64,000 bases of DNA from Marsupella aquatica (taxonomy: Eukaryota > Plantae > Marchantiophyta), in assembly GCA_973895155.1 (NCBI GenBank), contig OZ316899.1:12403934-12467933 (forward strand). Reading direction: 5' to 3'. Both the position numbers and the translations under genes were made by a program. Shown one piece after another: positions 1-13,497 of the stretch; within the stretch, counting starts at the first letter, position 1; each line of letters opens with the position of its first letter. Under the pieces are notes generated by a model. That model saw nothing but the letters and a program-made list of their open reading frames with translations, was not told the DNA's origin and searched no databases.

Positions 1-1915
1 GAGAAGCTGAAGAGGAGGACGATCCCATCAATGCCATTCCAACCAGGGATGACACCTGGAAGGGCTGGGCGGCAACCCTACCAGAGGAGGTGCAACTACA
101 TTTTGCACGAGAGGAGGATGCATGCTTTACAGCCATGCAGACCAAGAAGTACCAAGGCTTCATGGCCGGATCCGGCTTAGAGGCCTTTGTAAGATTACCA
201 TGGCTGAAGCCGGAGGTGCCGGATTCAGACCTATTAGAATTCGTGGGGTCATGGGAACCCGAGACCAATTCCACGAGGATATATGGAAGGATTTCTATCT
301 TACTCCCAAGGTGATTGCCAAAGTGTTTGGCTTGCCGATGGGCAATAAGACCAAAGTTGATACCAAGAAGACCTTGCCTGACAAGGAGTTCCGGTCGTTC
401 CCCGGGCCATCAACGAAGAATGGCTTCTTCCGGAACACCTGCACCAACCCGCACATAGGAGAGATGATCGACTTCTTGCGGGTGACCATGCATTGTAACT
501 TGCCGAGGGCAGAGATCGGCAAGGCACAGGTCTATCTGGCAGAGAGGCCAGACCCAAGTCGGGACTACAACGGGTACCTCCTCAACCAATTGAAGAAGAT
601 CTTAAAGGAGGAGCAGCAGGTAATCGGCGTGGGGAGCGTGTCGCGGCTTGGCTATCACATGCCGCTGTTGTGTCGGTATGCCAGAGGTCAGACCTTTGCC
701 CCAGTACTTCCCCTACAGGTAAGGGCACCCGAGGAAGCTCCAGCACCGAGGCCGGTAGCAGAGAGGCCTCAACCACCTGTTAGCCCTACGATTGAGCATG
801 TGTTTAGGCCAAGGAAGGAAGACTTGCCGATGCAGCAACCAAGCATGCAGAATCTGCTGAAGATGCTGGAGAAGGAAAAGATGGCACTGGCACCAGCTTC
901 GGCAGCGGCACCAATACAGGACACTGCCCCAGAGTTCAACCTAAGCAGACTTAGAAGGGAAAACCCCTTTACCGGAAACAAGGAGAGAATCAGGCCAGAA
1001 TCCAAGCCAGGTGTTTGAATGTACGTGGGAGTCTCAAGCTCTGAATCTGAGGCAGAATTGCCTGAAGCTCCTACCAGCGAAGAGGAGAGGGAGAAGCCGG
1101 AAGTCCAAGAGGTGGAGGAGGAAGTGGAGGACTGCAGCCATGATAACTCCGGCTATGGGTCGGACCATCACGTTCCAGGAGTAAGGACCTGTGGCCGGTT
1201 TGTCCCCACACTTCCAAGGGTAGTTCGAGGGGACCCCAACCAGCAGAGTAGCCCCGAGTCTCCCCCACCAGATGTTGCTCCCCCGAGCTTTGACGGCATA
1301 AAGCAGACGGCACAGGAATTTGAGGAGCGACTTAGGGAAGCAGAGGAGGCAGCCCTGGCTAGGGAAAAGGATTTGCCAGGAGGAGATTGGCCGGAGGACA
1401 TCAGGCGGCTAGCCAAAAAAGGAAGCAAACCTCTAGCCACGATTGAAGAGGTCCGCAAGACGGCTTGGGAGCAGAGGCCGCGTTGGGCGATGCCGATCAC
1501 TTCTACTTACTCCACCTACGCTAAGAATAGAGCCATGGAGTATGGTGAGATATGTGGGGAACTTGCGCTCGACATCTTTGGGGAGGAGTTGGAGGTAGGA
1601 CCCTTTTTCCATAGGGAGCAGTTGGAGAAGCACCAATTAGAAGAAGCGGTGGCTTTAGAGAGAAGCAAGAAGGATGAGGTCATCCAGCGGCTTAGGAGGA
1701 TGGAAGCCGAGATTGAAGATCTAAGGGCGGCCATGAAAGCCCAGGATGAACTACGGATTAAGCGGCATGAGCTGAACATCATGCAGGGGCAGTTGGACAC
1801 CGCGCAGGCTGATAATCAGACTATCAAGGATAAAATAACTCAGACCCAGGGAGAATTGGCCGACGCAATCAAGGACAGGGAGAAATGGAAGAAGGAGCTG
1901 AGAGACGCAGAGGAG
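1..1915 (+). mobile_element. Partial copy X1 of the ORF-bearing solo-LTR family X (5' part outside the window, 3' part truncated)
   Basis: Translations of 90-314, 122-1018 and 1019-1930 match the X3 (47721-51768) and X4 (56257-60817) proteins, with a frameshift near 288 and a stop at 1016-1018. Confidence 0.85.
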
Positions 1916-2047
1916 AGGGGAGGGGTGTGAGTACAAAAGTAGTCAAGGGGACTACCTCTCTAGAAGTGGAGAGTTGAAACTACTTATGTATGGAGTGATT
2001 AGACATGTAGGCACATTTCAGAAGTTTTGTCAATCCTTTGTGACCTG
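1909..2047 (+). repeat. Inverted fragment of the element A LTR
   Basis: Reverse complement of about 2512-2651; joined to X1 through an AGAGGAG microhomology at 1909-1915. Confidence 0.85.
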
Positions 2048-2435
2048 TGAGCTATGATCGGAAGGAACCCGTGTTCACAGCAAGACCAGGAGAGCAGCGA
2101 GGGGAGTCGATAGTCCAAGTTGGGGAGGAGGTGGTGGAGGACTACGGCAATGATGACTCCGGCTATGGGTTGGACCATCATGTTCCAAGAATAAGGACCT
2201 ATGGCCGTTTCATCCCTACGCTTCCAAGAGTAGTTCGAGGGGACCCCACCCAGCAGAGCAGCCCCGAGTCTTCCCCACCAGATGTCGCTCCCCCAAGCTT
2301 TGACGGAATAAAACGGACGGTACAAGAATTTCAGGAGCGACTCAGGGAGGAAGAGAAGGCAACCCTGGCTAGGGAGAAAGATTTACCAGGAGGAGAATGG
2401 CCAGAGGACATCCGGCGGCTTGTAGAAAAACAAAG

Positions 2436-4305
2436 TGTCAAACACTTGTCAAGGAGCTTAAGCGGCTTTTCTCCCCAAAAGACTACCTAATACCTGATCC
2501 ATATCATACCAGGGTCACAAAGGATTGACAAAACTTCTAAAATGTGCCTACAATGACTAATCACTCCATACATAAGTAGTTTCAACTCTCCACTTCTAGA
2601 GAGGTAGTCCCCTTGACTACTTTTGTACTCACACCCTTCCCCTCTCCTCTACTCCAAGGATCAGCAAGGGGGATCTCCGCTCCAAGCTGTCACCTTAGAG
2701 AAGAGTCTCACACAAACACCCAAGAACCAAAGTACTTTCCTCTTCAAGCTTAAGTCTCCTCAAGACCCTCAAAGTAGTGTTACACCTCAACCTTGCCCCC
2801 TGGCCTTGGTTTGGGTCCACACATCCCCTTTGAGCTCTAGAGAAGGCTCCTCTATCTAAGGACTCTTCCTCTTGTTCTTACTTCTTGTTAACACCATACA
2901 CCAAGCAAAATACTTTCCACCCTCAAGCTATAATCCTCTCTAAGTCTCAAAGTAGTGCTCTACCTTAACCTTGCCTCTTAGCCTTGGTTTTGTACTGGCA
3001 CATCCCCTTCAAGCTTAGACCAAGATTACATCATAGCATGGACTCTTCTCTTGCTCTCATATGCTTCAAATGCACTCACACTTAATGGTCACAATGAAGA
3101 TTGGCAAGTCTCCTTTTATTGCATCACCTTTACAACAAAAGTTCACTACACATTCTCCACACTAAGCATGGACCACCTCTCCCTTCTCAAGCTTAGCCCT
3201 ACCTTGGCAAGGTAGAGATTCCACTTAAGAGATGAGACTCCCGGTCCCTAACAAATGAAAACTTCCTCCTTATATACTATTCTCCTTCCACACCACACCA
3301 AGGTAGCCCACCAAGGACCAAGGACCAAAGTAGCCCACCAAGGACCAAGGACCAAGGACCAAGGACCAAGGTAGCCCACCAAAGTCCTACTAACTACCAA
3401 AGTCACACTACAATGAAAGTCCAACTAACTACCACTCCCACTCAAGCTCCTTCACCTTGTGATTGCCTGGTCTATTCAACCATCTCCTAGCCGCCCTTGT
3501 GCTTGACTTATTCCTGCCTTGTGGTAGCCTTGTCGAAGCGTTTTTACACTTAGTCGGATTTTGTTATTTGGGAAAAACTATAATTCCCCGGCCCATATTG
3601 TACCCACCGCCAAAACTCACCCATAAGGCCAAAAGGACTTTTGAGTAGATCCATAGATTTTCTTGGCATAGGGCTATGTCCTGGTTTACTAAGATCTAAA
3701 CAAAACCCTATAACCAATTTTCTAAAATTAGGTAAAGAGGGTTAATTCTTATGTTTTCCAAAATTCTTCTCAACTTTGAGATGCTTCCAAAAAGTAACCA
3801 AAGGTAACCAAATTCTCCCATAAGTTTCCAGGGATAGAGTGGACCATATTTAACCTATTTTGCAACTTGTAACCCATAACTTTTCCCATCAGCTATTTTT
3901 CCCGAGACCCGCTATTTGGTAACTTTAAGTTTTGCCAAAATACTTACAACTCCTAGGTTAAGACCCCACTTGACTTTGTGACTTTTATGTGTGGTCTAGG
4001 GACTATCTAGCACCTATAGGGTGAGTCTTAGCAAAACTTATCACTCAAAAGTATCGGTCATGCCTTCGGCCCGACTTGCCGACTACCGTAACTTTTTTCC
4101 GCCCTTACAAATAACTTACTCAACTCTTGATACTTCTTAGAGAAACATGTCCTCTCCCTCAATTTATTTCCCTACTCTACTTCCCTAGTTATTAAGTTAC
4201 CTTAAACCTAACAACTCCGCTAATCACTAAACTATGTAATTACTACTCCTTGAAAGCAAAAAACTGACGCATTTCCTACTCAAGCCTCCCTTGAGCCATT
4301 CCACA
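2436..4305 (-). repeat. 3' LTR of element A (1870 bp)
   Basis: Direct repeat of 13498-15475; preceded on the minus strand by the PPT. Confidence 0.95.
3298..3384. repeat. CCAAGGTAGCCCA/CCAAGGA tandem array in the A 3' LTR (short version)
   Basis: Visible 7-bp and 13-bp subunits; a longer version lies at 14359-14553. Confidence 0.85.
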
Positions 4306-4320
4306 TAGCCCCCTACTTAA
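4306..4320 (-). other. Polypurine tract of element A
   Basis: Minus strand TTAAGTAGGGGGCTA immediately before the LTR start TGTGG. Confidence 0.8.
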
Positions 4321-4651
4321 GTGTGCAGCGTCCCCGCAAACACACTTATTCCTGATTATAGTATTGCTTCAATCGATCATGGTGCACTCTAGTAGGGAAC
4401 ACCTCTCCTTCAAGAGTAGCAAGCTGAATTGACCCATTAGCATAAACCTGGTGAACAACATAAGGACCCAACCATCTAGTATGCAACTTGCCTGGAAAAT
4501 GAGCATACTGTTGTAACTCATACTTGAGTTAAGTCTACCTTTGGGATAACTACCTATGTAACTACCCTAACTACTTAGGCTGTAGCCACATGTACATATT
4601 CTACCAAGAGTAAAGATGGAACCAACTCTTTGTCTCATTTCTCCCACAACA

Positions 4652-4665
4652 CGTTATCAGCACGA
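4652..4665 (+). other. PBS complementary to the 5' half of tRNA-Ile (Bianca-type)
   Basis: CGTTATCAGCACGA directly after the LTR-terminal CA. Confidence 0.8.
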
Positions 4666-5769
4666 GCCTAAGACTGGCTGAATTTTTAGGCCATGACTGA
4701 TTCAACCTAAGACAAAGAAAGGAGGGAGAGCCCTGAAGACGTGATTTGAATGTGCCAAAGTTTTTTTAGTTTTTTTCTGCGAGAACTGCTTGAAGCGCTG
4801 CAGCTCGCTTTGCACTCTGAATTGAGGCGGAATGTGGACGAAGATGGCATTTGATGTTAGCTTGAATGCGGCCAATTGTGTGAAGGGAAAGTGGAATGTA
4901 TTGTGAGCAAATGGCGTCCGCATCGTTTGTTGTTGGCTTGGGCTATGCACGTTGGGATCCCGCTCGTCCTAAGTTTCATGGTTGCTATTGGATGTCTTCT
5001 TCTCATTTTTAACAAATTTTTTGAGCAATGGATTCCCTCGATCTTGGTGTCTCTGTCAACTTTAAGTGCAGAATTGCGATGATGCCTCATCGATATTTCA
5101 GTTTTGAAGCGACCTATTGCCTCGGAAGTTATCAAATTCCTAGGTTAATTCTGCACAGTGGCAAGGATTACGAAGATATCATGGTCCCTGCGGAATTCCT
5201 GTTGTGTCTCTTCATTCCTGCCGTGCAATGAGGACTGCGGGAAAGGCAATGCTATCCCCGCTTAGGGTCTTAGTTCCCAAAGTCACACAGTGATTCTTTC
5301 ATTGTTATCCGCGAATGAATTTTCATCGTAGTCCTGCTTTGCATTCTGAACTGGCCTGCGCCACATTAGTTCACACATGCGTCAATAGTCCTGGTCCAGT
5401 CCGTTTCACTACGTTCTCTTACTCTTTCTCCACCGGTACTACCAATCTGTTTGTGAGTTCCTGGAGTTGATGAAGTTAATTGGATTGATTTCTCATTCTT
5501 CTTACCGAAAACTGTGACCAAGAAAACTATGCAAGCACATTGAATTGAGAGCGAAGCCACTGGAAACTCCTACAATTGTCCGGAGGTCTGCTACGTTGAA
5601 AGATAGCAATGCAAGGAATGCGGTGAATTGTGTCATGCAACTACATTACGGTAAGCCGCGGATAAAGGCCTCGGCTGCTCAGGAGATGTCGCCCGAGTAC
5701 GAGGAAAACAAAGTGGAGAAGAGAAGAGGGGACTCGGACACTCTGTCGCACCGCGGAAAGTTCTCTCCC

Positions 5770-6309
5770 TTAGGCATTTTTTGTGCCTTCGATTTCTTCT
5801 TCCTCGTTATCAAAGGCAAACACAAGGATGAGGAAAGTAAGGAGGATAGCGATGACCAATGGGAGTCCCAAAGTTACGGCACCTATAGCACAGAAGGACA
5901 CAGAATGCCAGTTTTGGTAAACAACAGTTCTCGTGAGATTGGCAGTATGCATGGATAAGATGGAACAATCCACGACCAGGGGTAGGGGCATTGGTGTTAT
6001 GAGCTTACGAGTTGACCATTGGGAGCACGAACCAAGAGAAGCTTGGAGAAAAGAGGATAAGAGCACGAAGGGAACGCGCGCAGCAAAGAACAAATCTCGC
6101 AACAAAAATGCTGAAACGTCAAGAAAACGTCGAGAACATACCGCTAAGTGCAAACCCTCCTTAATTGCAAAACCCATCAAATAGATTTGCGTATACAAAG
6201 AACAATGTGCACTGAACCAGGGAAACACACATACTAAGAACGGGGACGAAATGGCATTAAAATGAAAGATATCTATTGGAAAGATTACCATATAAGAATT
6301 GCCATTCAC
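5770..6309 (-). CDS. Hypothetical hydrophobic protein inside element C (possibly spurious)
   Basis: 179-aa ORF with a C-terminal hydrophobic segment followed by an acidic tail; no recognised family. Confidence 0.25.
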   Translation of the reverse strand: MNGNSYMVIFPIDIFHFNAISSPFLVCVFPWFSAHCSLYTQIYLMGFAIKEGLHLAVCSRRFLDVSAFLLRDLFFAARVPFVLLSSFLQASLGSCSQWSTRKLITPMPLPLVVDCSILSMHTANLTRTVVYQNWHSVSFCAIGAVTLGLPLVIAILLTFLILVFAFDNEEEEIEGTKNA

Positions 6310-6393
6310 AAATTCAGGGGGAGAATTGTTTTTCCCAACGTGCCTACTGCATTTAAAAGCTGCCTACGGCACTTAAAAGTTCAGCTCCGTGCC

Positions 6394-6461
6394 TACTACA
6401 CATGGAAGCCAATGAGTGCGTACTGCACATGGAAGCCAATGAGTGCGTACTGCACATGGAA
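6394..6461. repeat. 27-bp tandem repeat (~2.5 copies)
   Basis: TACTRCACATGGAAGCCAATGAGTGCG repeated. Confidence 0.85.
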
Positions 6462-9400
6462 GTAAATGACAAATTGAGGGGGAGACCTCAAGTAAGACTT
6501 GACATCAAGCAATGTAACCCATGGGATGTGCCTATTGCACAAGTGCCTTTCGCACCAATGAATACCTAAAAATGGAACTTTATTCCATGCATATGGCAAA
6601 TCATGAAATCTAAGGAATTTTTATAAATGATTGAACATGATGTTAACACAATCACTTACCAATACTTGATGAGGTATACTGGATATTAAAGTACCATATG
6701 ATAATATGAGGTACAGTACCAGGTCATAAGGTACCATAAGGTGAGACATGGCATGGTAAGGCACCATAAGAGATGGTGCGCCATACCCCAATATGATAAC
6801 CCTATGTTATGGATATGGTACGTGATATGGTTCAAATAGGTTATGCCCACACCAAATCTAGGATTGGACACCCAATCCAATTCCAAAGCCATGGATTACA
6901 CCATATCATCTTCATTTTGTACTAATACTTTGCTTTGTCATGGCATGTAATCTGTGACCATCAAGGAGTCTCCATTTCCCGATTGGAAGGAGACACGAGA
7001 AACAATCAACCAAGGAGGATCTTCAACAAGCCTATAGTGCTGACAAGCACCTTAAGAGACTTTGTAGAAATTACACATACACTATATGCTTAAACCCAAT
7101 TATGTTACACCCATGGGGATGGTAATACTCTTTCCTCCCACAAAGAAAGTAGGGGAGGTTTTAATGAGGTTACATCCCCCACTTACACTTTACCATACAA
7201 CATGAATTATAAGACATCTATTAGGAGAAGCTTGACATTCATTTATAGTAGACTTGAGATGACTACACCATTTATAAAATAGGCTAGACATAAACAAAAC
7301 CTATTGTATACCACTGAATATACCCAAAGTAGACTCTTGATTGTAACATTTCAACCCCAATGTTACAAAGGGGGAGTGTTGTAACTCATACTTGAGTTAA
7401 GTCTACCTTTGGGATAACTACCTATGTAACTACCCTAACTACTTAGGCTGTAGCCACATGTACATATTCTACCAAGAGTAAAGATGGAACCAACTCTTTG
7501 TCTCATTTCTCCCACAACACATACCGACTATCATAGAGTAATACCAACTGTCTAGCAAGTAAAGAAGTAGGCTTCTTCAACTTCTTGTCATGATGTTTCT
7601 TTACTTGAGCTTGCTTCTTCTTCAATTGCTGGCTTGCCTCTTCCCTGATTTCCTCCAACTCCTCCAGCTGGTAAGCTCTCTCCATCAAACTCTGGTCAGC
7701 CTCCATTCTCTCCTCCACACTCACCCTCAAAGTAGGCACTTTAAACTCAACAGGTACAAGTGAGTGTTGTCCAAATACTAGGTAGAAATGACTATGGCCG
7801 GTTGTGGTCTTGAAAGCAAGGTTGTAGGAGTACACAGCTGAGTATAATTTGTCATCCCAATCAGTCTTGTGTGCCGCCACGGTTTTGTTCAAGATCTTGC
7901 CAATAATCCCATTAGCTCTCTCAGTCAATCCATTTGCCTTGGGGTGATAGGGAGTGGTCTTCCGATGCTTAATCAAGTACTGAGTAGTGAGCTCCTCCAC
8001 CACCTCATTCAAGAAGTGAGTCCCCCTATGACTAACCAATTCAAGAGGTGGCCCAAATCTGGTAAAAATCTGCTGATACATAAACCTTGCTACTATGAGA
8101 GCATTGTCCTTGCTTGTTGGTCTTGCCTCTACCCACTTAGTAGCATAATCAGTTGCAAGAAGGATGTATCGATTCCTTCTAGACCTGGTCACAGGAGTGA
8201 TGGGACCTATGAAATCTATACCCCATTTCTCAAAAGGTGCAAGAGGTAAAATGGTGGTAAGAGGGTGATGCCTAGAGTGAGCTGGTTTACCTGTCCTTTG
8301 GCAAGGGTCACATCCCCTCACAAAAAGACTTACATCCTTATGAAGTGTTGGCCACCAATACCCTGCATCAAGGATCTTCCTTGTTGTTGTTGCACTTGCA
8401 TAATGGCCACCAGCTCCTCCTCATGCATAGCCCTCATCACAATGGAGATTTCCTTCTGCTCCAAACACCTCCTTAGTCTCCCATCAACTCCTTCCTTGTG
8501 AAGGACACCCTTCACCAATAAGTAGGGTCTGACTTTCCGCAGGAAAACAGCAGCCTCCTCTTGATGCAAATCTCTTGGTAGTCGGGTTGTGAGAAGAAGT
8601 TGGATGATATCCAAGTACCATGTATCCCCTCCACTTCCCACATGAAAGAGGTCTTCATCTGGAAACTGATCATCCACCTCCTTCAAGTCTTCTTCTCCTT
8701 CAATCCTTGAGAAGAAGTCTGCATTCCCATGCTTCTTACCAGGCCTGACCCGCACCTCATAATCAAACTCTTGGAGCAACAAGATCCACCTTGCCACTCT
8801 ACCAGTTACATCAGGTTTATTCACCATATACTTGAGAGCATTGTGATCAGTATGGAAGACCACCTTGTAGCCCAACAAGTAGTGCCTAAACTTCTTACAA
8901 GAGTAGATGATGTCTAGAGCTTCTCTATCGGTTGGTGAGTAATTCTTTTCAGCAGGTGCTAAAAGTCTACTTGCAAAATAGATAGGGTGATCCTTATTCT
9001 GGTCATCAAGTTGACTGAGCACCACACCAATACAAAAACCAGACACATCCACATACACATGGAATTCTCTACTCCAATCAGGTGCTATCAAGATAGGAGC
9101 TTCAATCAACCTGTTCTTCAACTCCTGGAAACTTGCTAGCCTCTCAACTGAGGGTTCGACCTCAGCCCCCTTCTTAAGCATGCTGGTTAGGGGTAAAGCT
9201 ACTTTAGCAAAGTCCTTAATGAACCTTCTATAGTAGTTTAAACATCCCAAGAATCCCCTTAACTCTGTTACTGAAGTTGGAAACTGGACAGCCATCCAAA
9301 CAGCCACCTTTTCTTGATCCACTTCGATGCCTTTCTTGGATACCTTGTGACCAGGTAGTATCCCTTCTTCCACACCAAAGAAGCACTTCCCTGGGTGAAG

Positions 9401-12400
9401 CTTCAAACCAACTTCCCTACATCTTTGGAAGGTCATCCTCAAATGTTCAACATGGTCCTTCCTCCTTCCAAAAATAGCAAAGTCATCTATGAATACTTCC
9501 AAGAACTTTCTCAAGTAGTCATGAAAGATATTCATCATCAACCTTTGGAACATACCAGGGGCATTACAAAGACCAAAAGGCATCCTCCGAAAGGCATAAA
9601 TCCCCCACTCAGTAGTAAAGGCTGTCTTCAACCGGTCCTCCTTCCTTATCCAAATCTGGTTGTAACCTGAGTACCCATCTAGGAAGCTATACACTTCCCA
9701 ACCAGCTACTAAGTCAAGTACCATATCAGTAAAGGGGATGGGATAGTGGTCCTTCTTAGTGGCCTCATTGAGTTTCCTAAAGTCTTGGCAAACTTGGATC
9801 TTAGGCTTACCATCCAAGCCTGGTTTCTTTGGTACAATGACAATTGGGGAAACCCACTCACTATTCAACACAGGATAGATGAAACCTGCTTCCAACAATT
9901 TGTCTATCTCTTCTTTCACCATCAAGGAGTACTTGGGATTCATTCTATATTGCCTTTGTCTCACAGGTGAAGCTCCTAGCATCAAGTCAATTCTATGCTC
10001 ACCAAGTTCAGGGTTTACACCAGTAAGATCCAAATGACTCCAAGCAAACACATCCACATATTCACCTAGCAAATCTTGGATAGTTTTCTCTTCACCTGAT
10101 CCCAAGGCATTTCCCAAGTTGAAGGTCTTGTCTTGCTGGACAGCGATGGTTCTGTACTGCTCAGCTCGAATCACCTCCATCTTGTTCCTCATTGTGGAGT
10201 CAAAAGTGTCTTCAAGTTGTGCCAATCTCATACCTCCATAGACTGGTGCATTTTCAGCACTTAACTCCTCCTTCTCCTTGCTTGAATGCTGGTCTTCCTG
10301 AGTCTCATCCTCCTCTACGTTTGCAGCCTCCAATTGGTCCTCCAGCTCCTTTATCTTGAGCTTCAACAATGCCAGGTGTTTAGCCTTCACCCTCTGGTCA
10401 TGAGTCCCCTTCTTGATCTCAACTTGGGTAGCACCCTTGCTGCTCTGATCAGCCTCTTGAGCCACTATGATAGTGCCTTCTTTGTTGTTCTCCTTGGATG
10501 AGGTGGCAGCTGGCTTCACCTCCTCTAGACTGGTCATTTCACTGATATTGGGCAGAGGTGAATGGTTGGGAAGAGCCTCCTGCTCTTGCTCCTCTCCAAA
10601 CACTTCTTCTTCAGTCCATTGGCTCACCATGTTCAACATGTATACCTCATCCTCATCAGATGCAAATTCGGTACTCAACTCATCGGAAAGTTCAGAATCA
10701 TATTCATCCAACTCATCAGTAGTCTCTCCTTGATGCTTGTCATGACCCCATGAAACTGAAGTGGCAGGTTTGCCAAATCTAAACTCCTTCTTGCCCCAAT
10801 CAGTTACCACTTGGGCTCCATACAACCAAGGCCTTCCAATCAAGATTGGGTAAGTAGAGGGCCTTGCTGGTCTCATTACCAAGTAATTCAACAAGAACTC
10901 CTGCCCCCCAATGAGAGTAGGTACTTGAGTGAGAGTCCCCACTGGTAGCACTCTTGCTCCATTTGCTAGTCTCATTGTCCTTGCTGTTGGCTGAAGTTTC
11001 TTGAAACCTAGTTGTTGGGCAGTAGCCTCAATCATGATATTCACACCTGAGCCTCCATCAACTGGTACATACGAGAGTACACACCCATTCACTTGAACAT
11101 CAATCTCAGGTGCTCCAAGGTCTTCACAAACCATCATCACATCAGCTGGGGTCCCAACCTTTGGAAGCTTCCTCCTTCTCCTTCCTACCAACATCTCCTT
11201 CAGTTGCCTCCTATACAAAGGGTTGTCTTTGATCAGCTGCCCCACTGTAGCAGTAACCAAACAATCTTTCACATCCTTCTTGATGTCATAAGAGGGTACC
11301 TTGTTGGTCTCCTTCTTCTCCTCCACCTCAGCTTCTTCCTTCAAAGCTTTAGCAACCTTCAGGTCTTTGTTGATGGCCTCTTGATGCTCCTTAGCCTCCA
11401 TCTCCTCTAGTTGCCTCTTGACTTCCTCATTCACCTTGGGATAGAAGAGCTTCGGATGGTCCCTCTTGTAGTCACTATCTTCAGCTGGTGGGACTTGAAC
11501 TTCTGCTCCAACTTCAACTTTGGTTGGTGACTCTAGTGAGTGCTCCTTTCTTTCCTTCCTCTTCTTCCTCTCTTCCTCTCTTCCACTCTTTCCTTCTTTC
11601 TTGTGGACCTGGTAGACACCTTGTAACACATAGCTTCCTCCTCAGGTGTCTCCATTCCCGGTAGATCTGGCTGGTTCTCCCCACCAGCAACTTGTGTCAC
11701 TCCATCTTTGGCCTCCTCTTGCCATTCCATACTCAAGAAGTTCACTATGGCTTCAGTAGGAGCTTTGGCAACTACTGGTGGTGGTGCTTCTATCCTTCCT
11801 ACCATCATCTTGGCAGCAGATCCAATAGGACAGTTGGCTGTGGTATGACCCTCCCTTTTGCACACAACACAAAGAGGATAGGGAGCTCCTTGTCCCTGCC
11901 TCCTTGGTTCAGGGCAACTGTTGGAATAGTGCCCTGGTTTTTGACAATTCCAGCAGATCACCACGGTAGTTCTTGCCATTCCCCCAGGTCCTTGAGGTAC
12001 CATTTGATCCACCATCCTTGGTTGAAGACCAGGCATAAGTTGAGGTGCCATGGGTGGAGCTGGTCTTCCTTGCAAAGTTCTTGGGCCTCCTGAAATCTGG
12101 TACACCATCTCCGGGGCTTCTTCATAGAAGTAGTCCACCACTTCACTTGCTTGATAAACCTCACTGGGCTCTTCATTGACATATTGAACTTGATTCCTCC
12201 AACCTTGGCACTCTTGAGGTGTATGGCCAAAACTCTTGCACTTGACACACCATACATGAGCTCTATTCACCGGCACCTTTCTCCTATCAGGTTGCATACC
12301 AGCAAAGTGAACTGATAGGGCCTTGAGTTGGTTGGTGATCTCACTCATCTTGGTGTCCATCACCTTCTTCTCTTTGCTTGCTGGTGTAGAACCTTCCAGC

Positions 12401-13459
12401 AAGTTGAAGGTTGCAGATTTGTGGTGCTTACCACTTGGCTTCTTCTTGCTGGCTCTCCTCTTTTGGTCGCTTTTTTTCTTTGCCTTCTTCTTTTTCTTCT
12501 TCTTCTTCTTTTCAGAGTCCTCCTCAGAATCAGCTTCTGAATCTGATTCTGAACTGGAAGTACTCTCCTCAGATTCTGAATCAGAAGTATCTTCAACTGA
12601 ACTACTTGAGTCACTTGAGCTAGAAGAAGAATCACTATGGGAAAATCGCTTCTTCTTTCTCCTACTCTTGGAACTTGAGATCTCAGCACTCCTATAAGAC
12701 TGAGCTGCCTCAATGGCCTCCTCCAAAGTATTAAGGTGGGCTTGCCTTACTGAGACACCCATCTTCTTGGGTAGGCTTGCCACAAACCATGCCAACAACA
12801 TGGAGTCTACTGGTCTAGGGTCAAGCTTGGTAGCTAACCTTTGAAACCTTTGTAGAAACCTCCTTACCGACTCCTTGGATCCCATTCTGATCTCTCCCAT
12901 CTTGATCAAAGCTTCTGATTCTTCTCCCACCTTCCTAAACTCCTGCAAGAAGGCTAGCTTGAAGGCATCCCAATCATTCTTGGTGGCATTTGATAGGTTG
13001 TTGAACCAAGGTCTTGCTTCTCCTCTCAAGACACCCGCCAAAGTGGTCAACTTAATATCAAACTCTCCATTGGTTTGGGCTGTCCCAATGAAGTCCTCCA
13101 ACCAAGCATCAGGATCCTCCTTGGGCTTGCCATGGAATGTCTTGTATTGAAATCTTGCTCTTTGAGTCACCACCATGGCTGCCTCTTACTCTTCACTTGT
13201 GTCGGTAGTAGAAGAGGATGTAGCACTCCACCCTACACTGGGTTCTACTTCAGCTTGCAAATGAAGGTCCTCCCAATCTGGTTGCTCCAACTGGTCACCA
13301 AAGTTGAAACTAAGAGAGGCTTCTCTTAGTGCTTGACTCCTTGTAGTGGGCATGCCACTCACAATCACCTTCTTATCTCCCTCCTCTTGAACAACCAACC
13401 TGCAAACACACCTCCAAGTCTTGTGGCTCCACTCCCACAATACAAATTGCAAAGAGTTA

Positions 13460-13477
13460 TCCCCGGCAGCGGCGCCA
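13460..13477 (-). other. PBS of element A, tRNA-Asp type
   Basis: Minus strand TGGCGCCGCTGCCGGGGA, one mismatch from the Athila-type TGGCGCCGTTGCCGGGGA; 20 nt from the LTR end. Confidence 0.85.
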
Positions 13478-13497
13478 AAAACAAGGGTGGGACTCTA

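Larger units (their letters stand above)
4509..7519 (+). mobile_element. Non-autonomous Bianca-type (Ty1/copia) LTR element C with short LTRs
   Basis: Apparently identical 143-bp LTRs at 4509-4651 and 7377-7519, TSD CATAC, PBS CGTTATCAGCACGA, PPT AAAGGGGGAG at 7367-7376; no gag/pol motifs internally. Confidence 0.92.
4346..13176 (-). pseudogene. gag-pol of element A, disrupted
   Basis: Gag with 3 CCHC knuckles (13176-11533), PR VDGGSG, RT FIDDF and RNase H (11629-8330), integrase (8321-7520) and a C-terminal GPY segment (4508-4346). Frameshifts near 11570 and 8415, catalytic D changed to H (SHRGTHF vs SDRGTHF in B), and interruption by element C. Confidence 0.93.

Noticed and set aside
13460-13477. 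tRNA-Asp gene (also 27678-27695)
   Set aside because: Only the 3'-terminal 18 nt including CCA is present next to an LTR, so it is a PBS.
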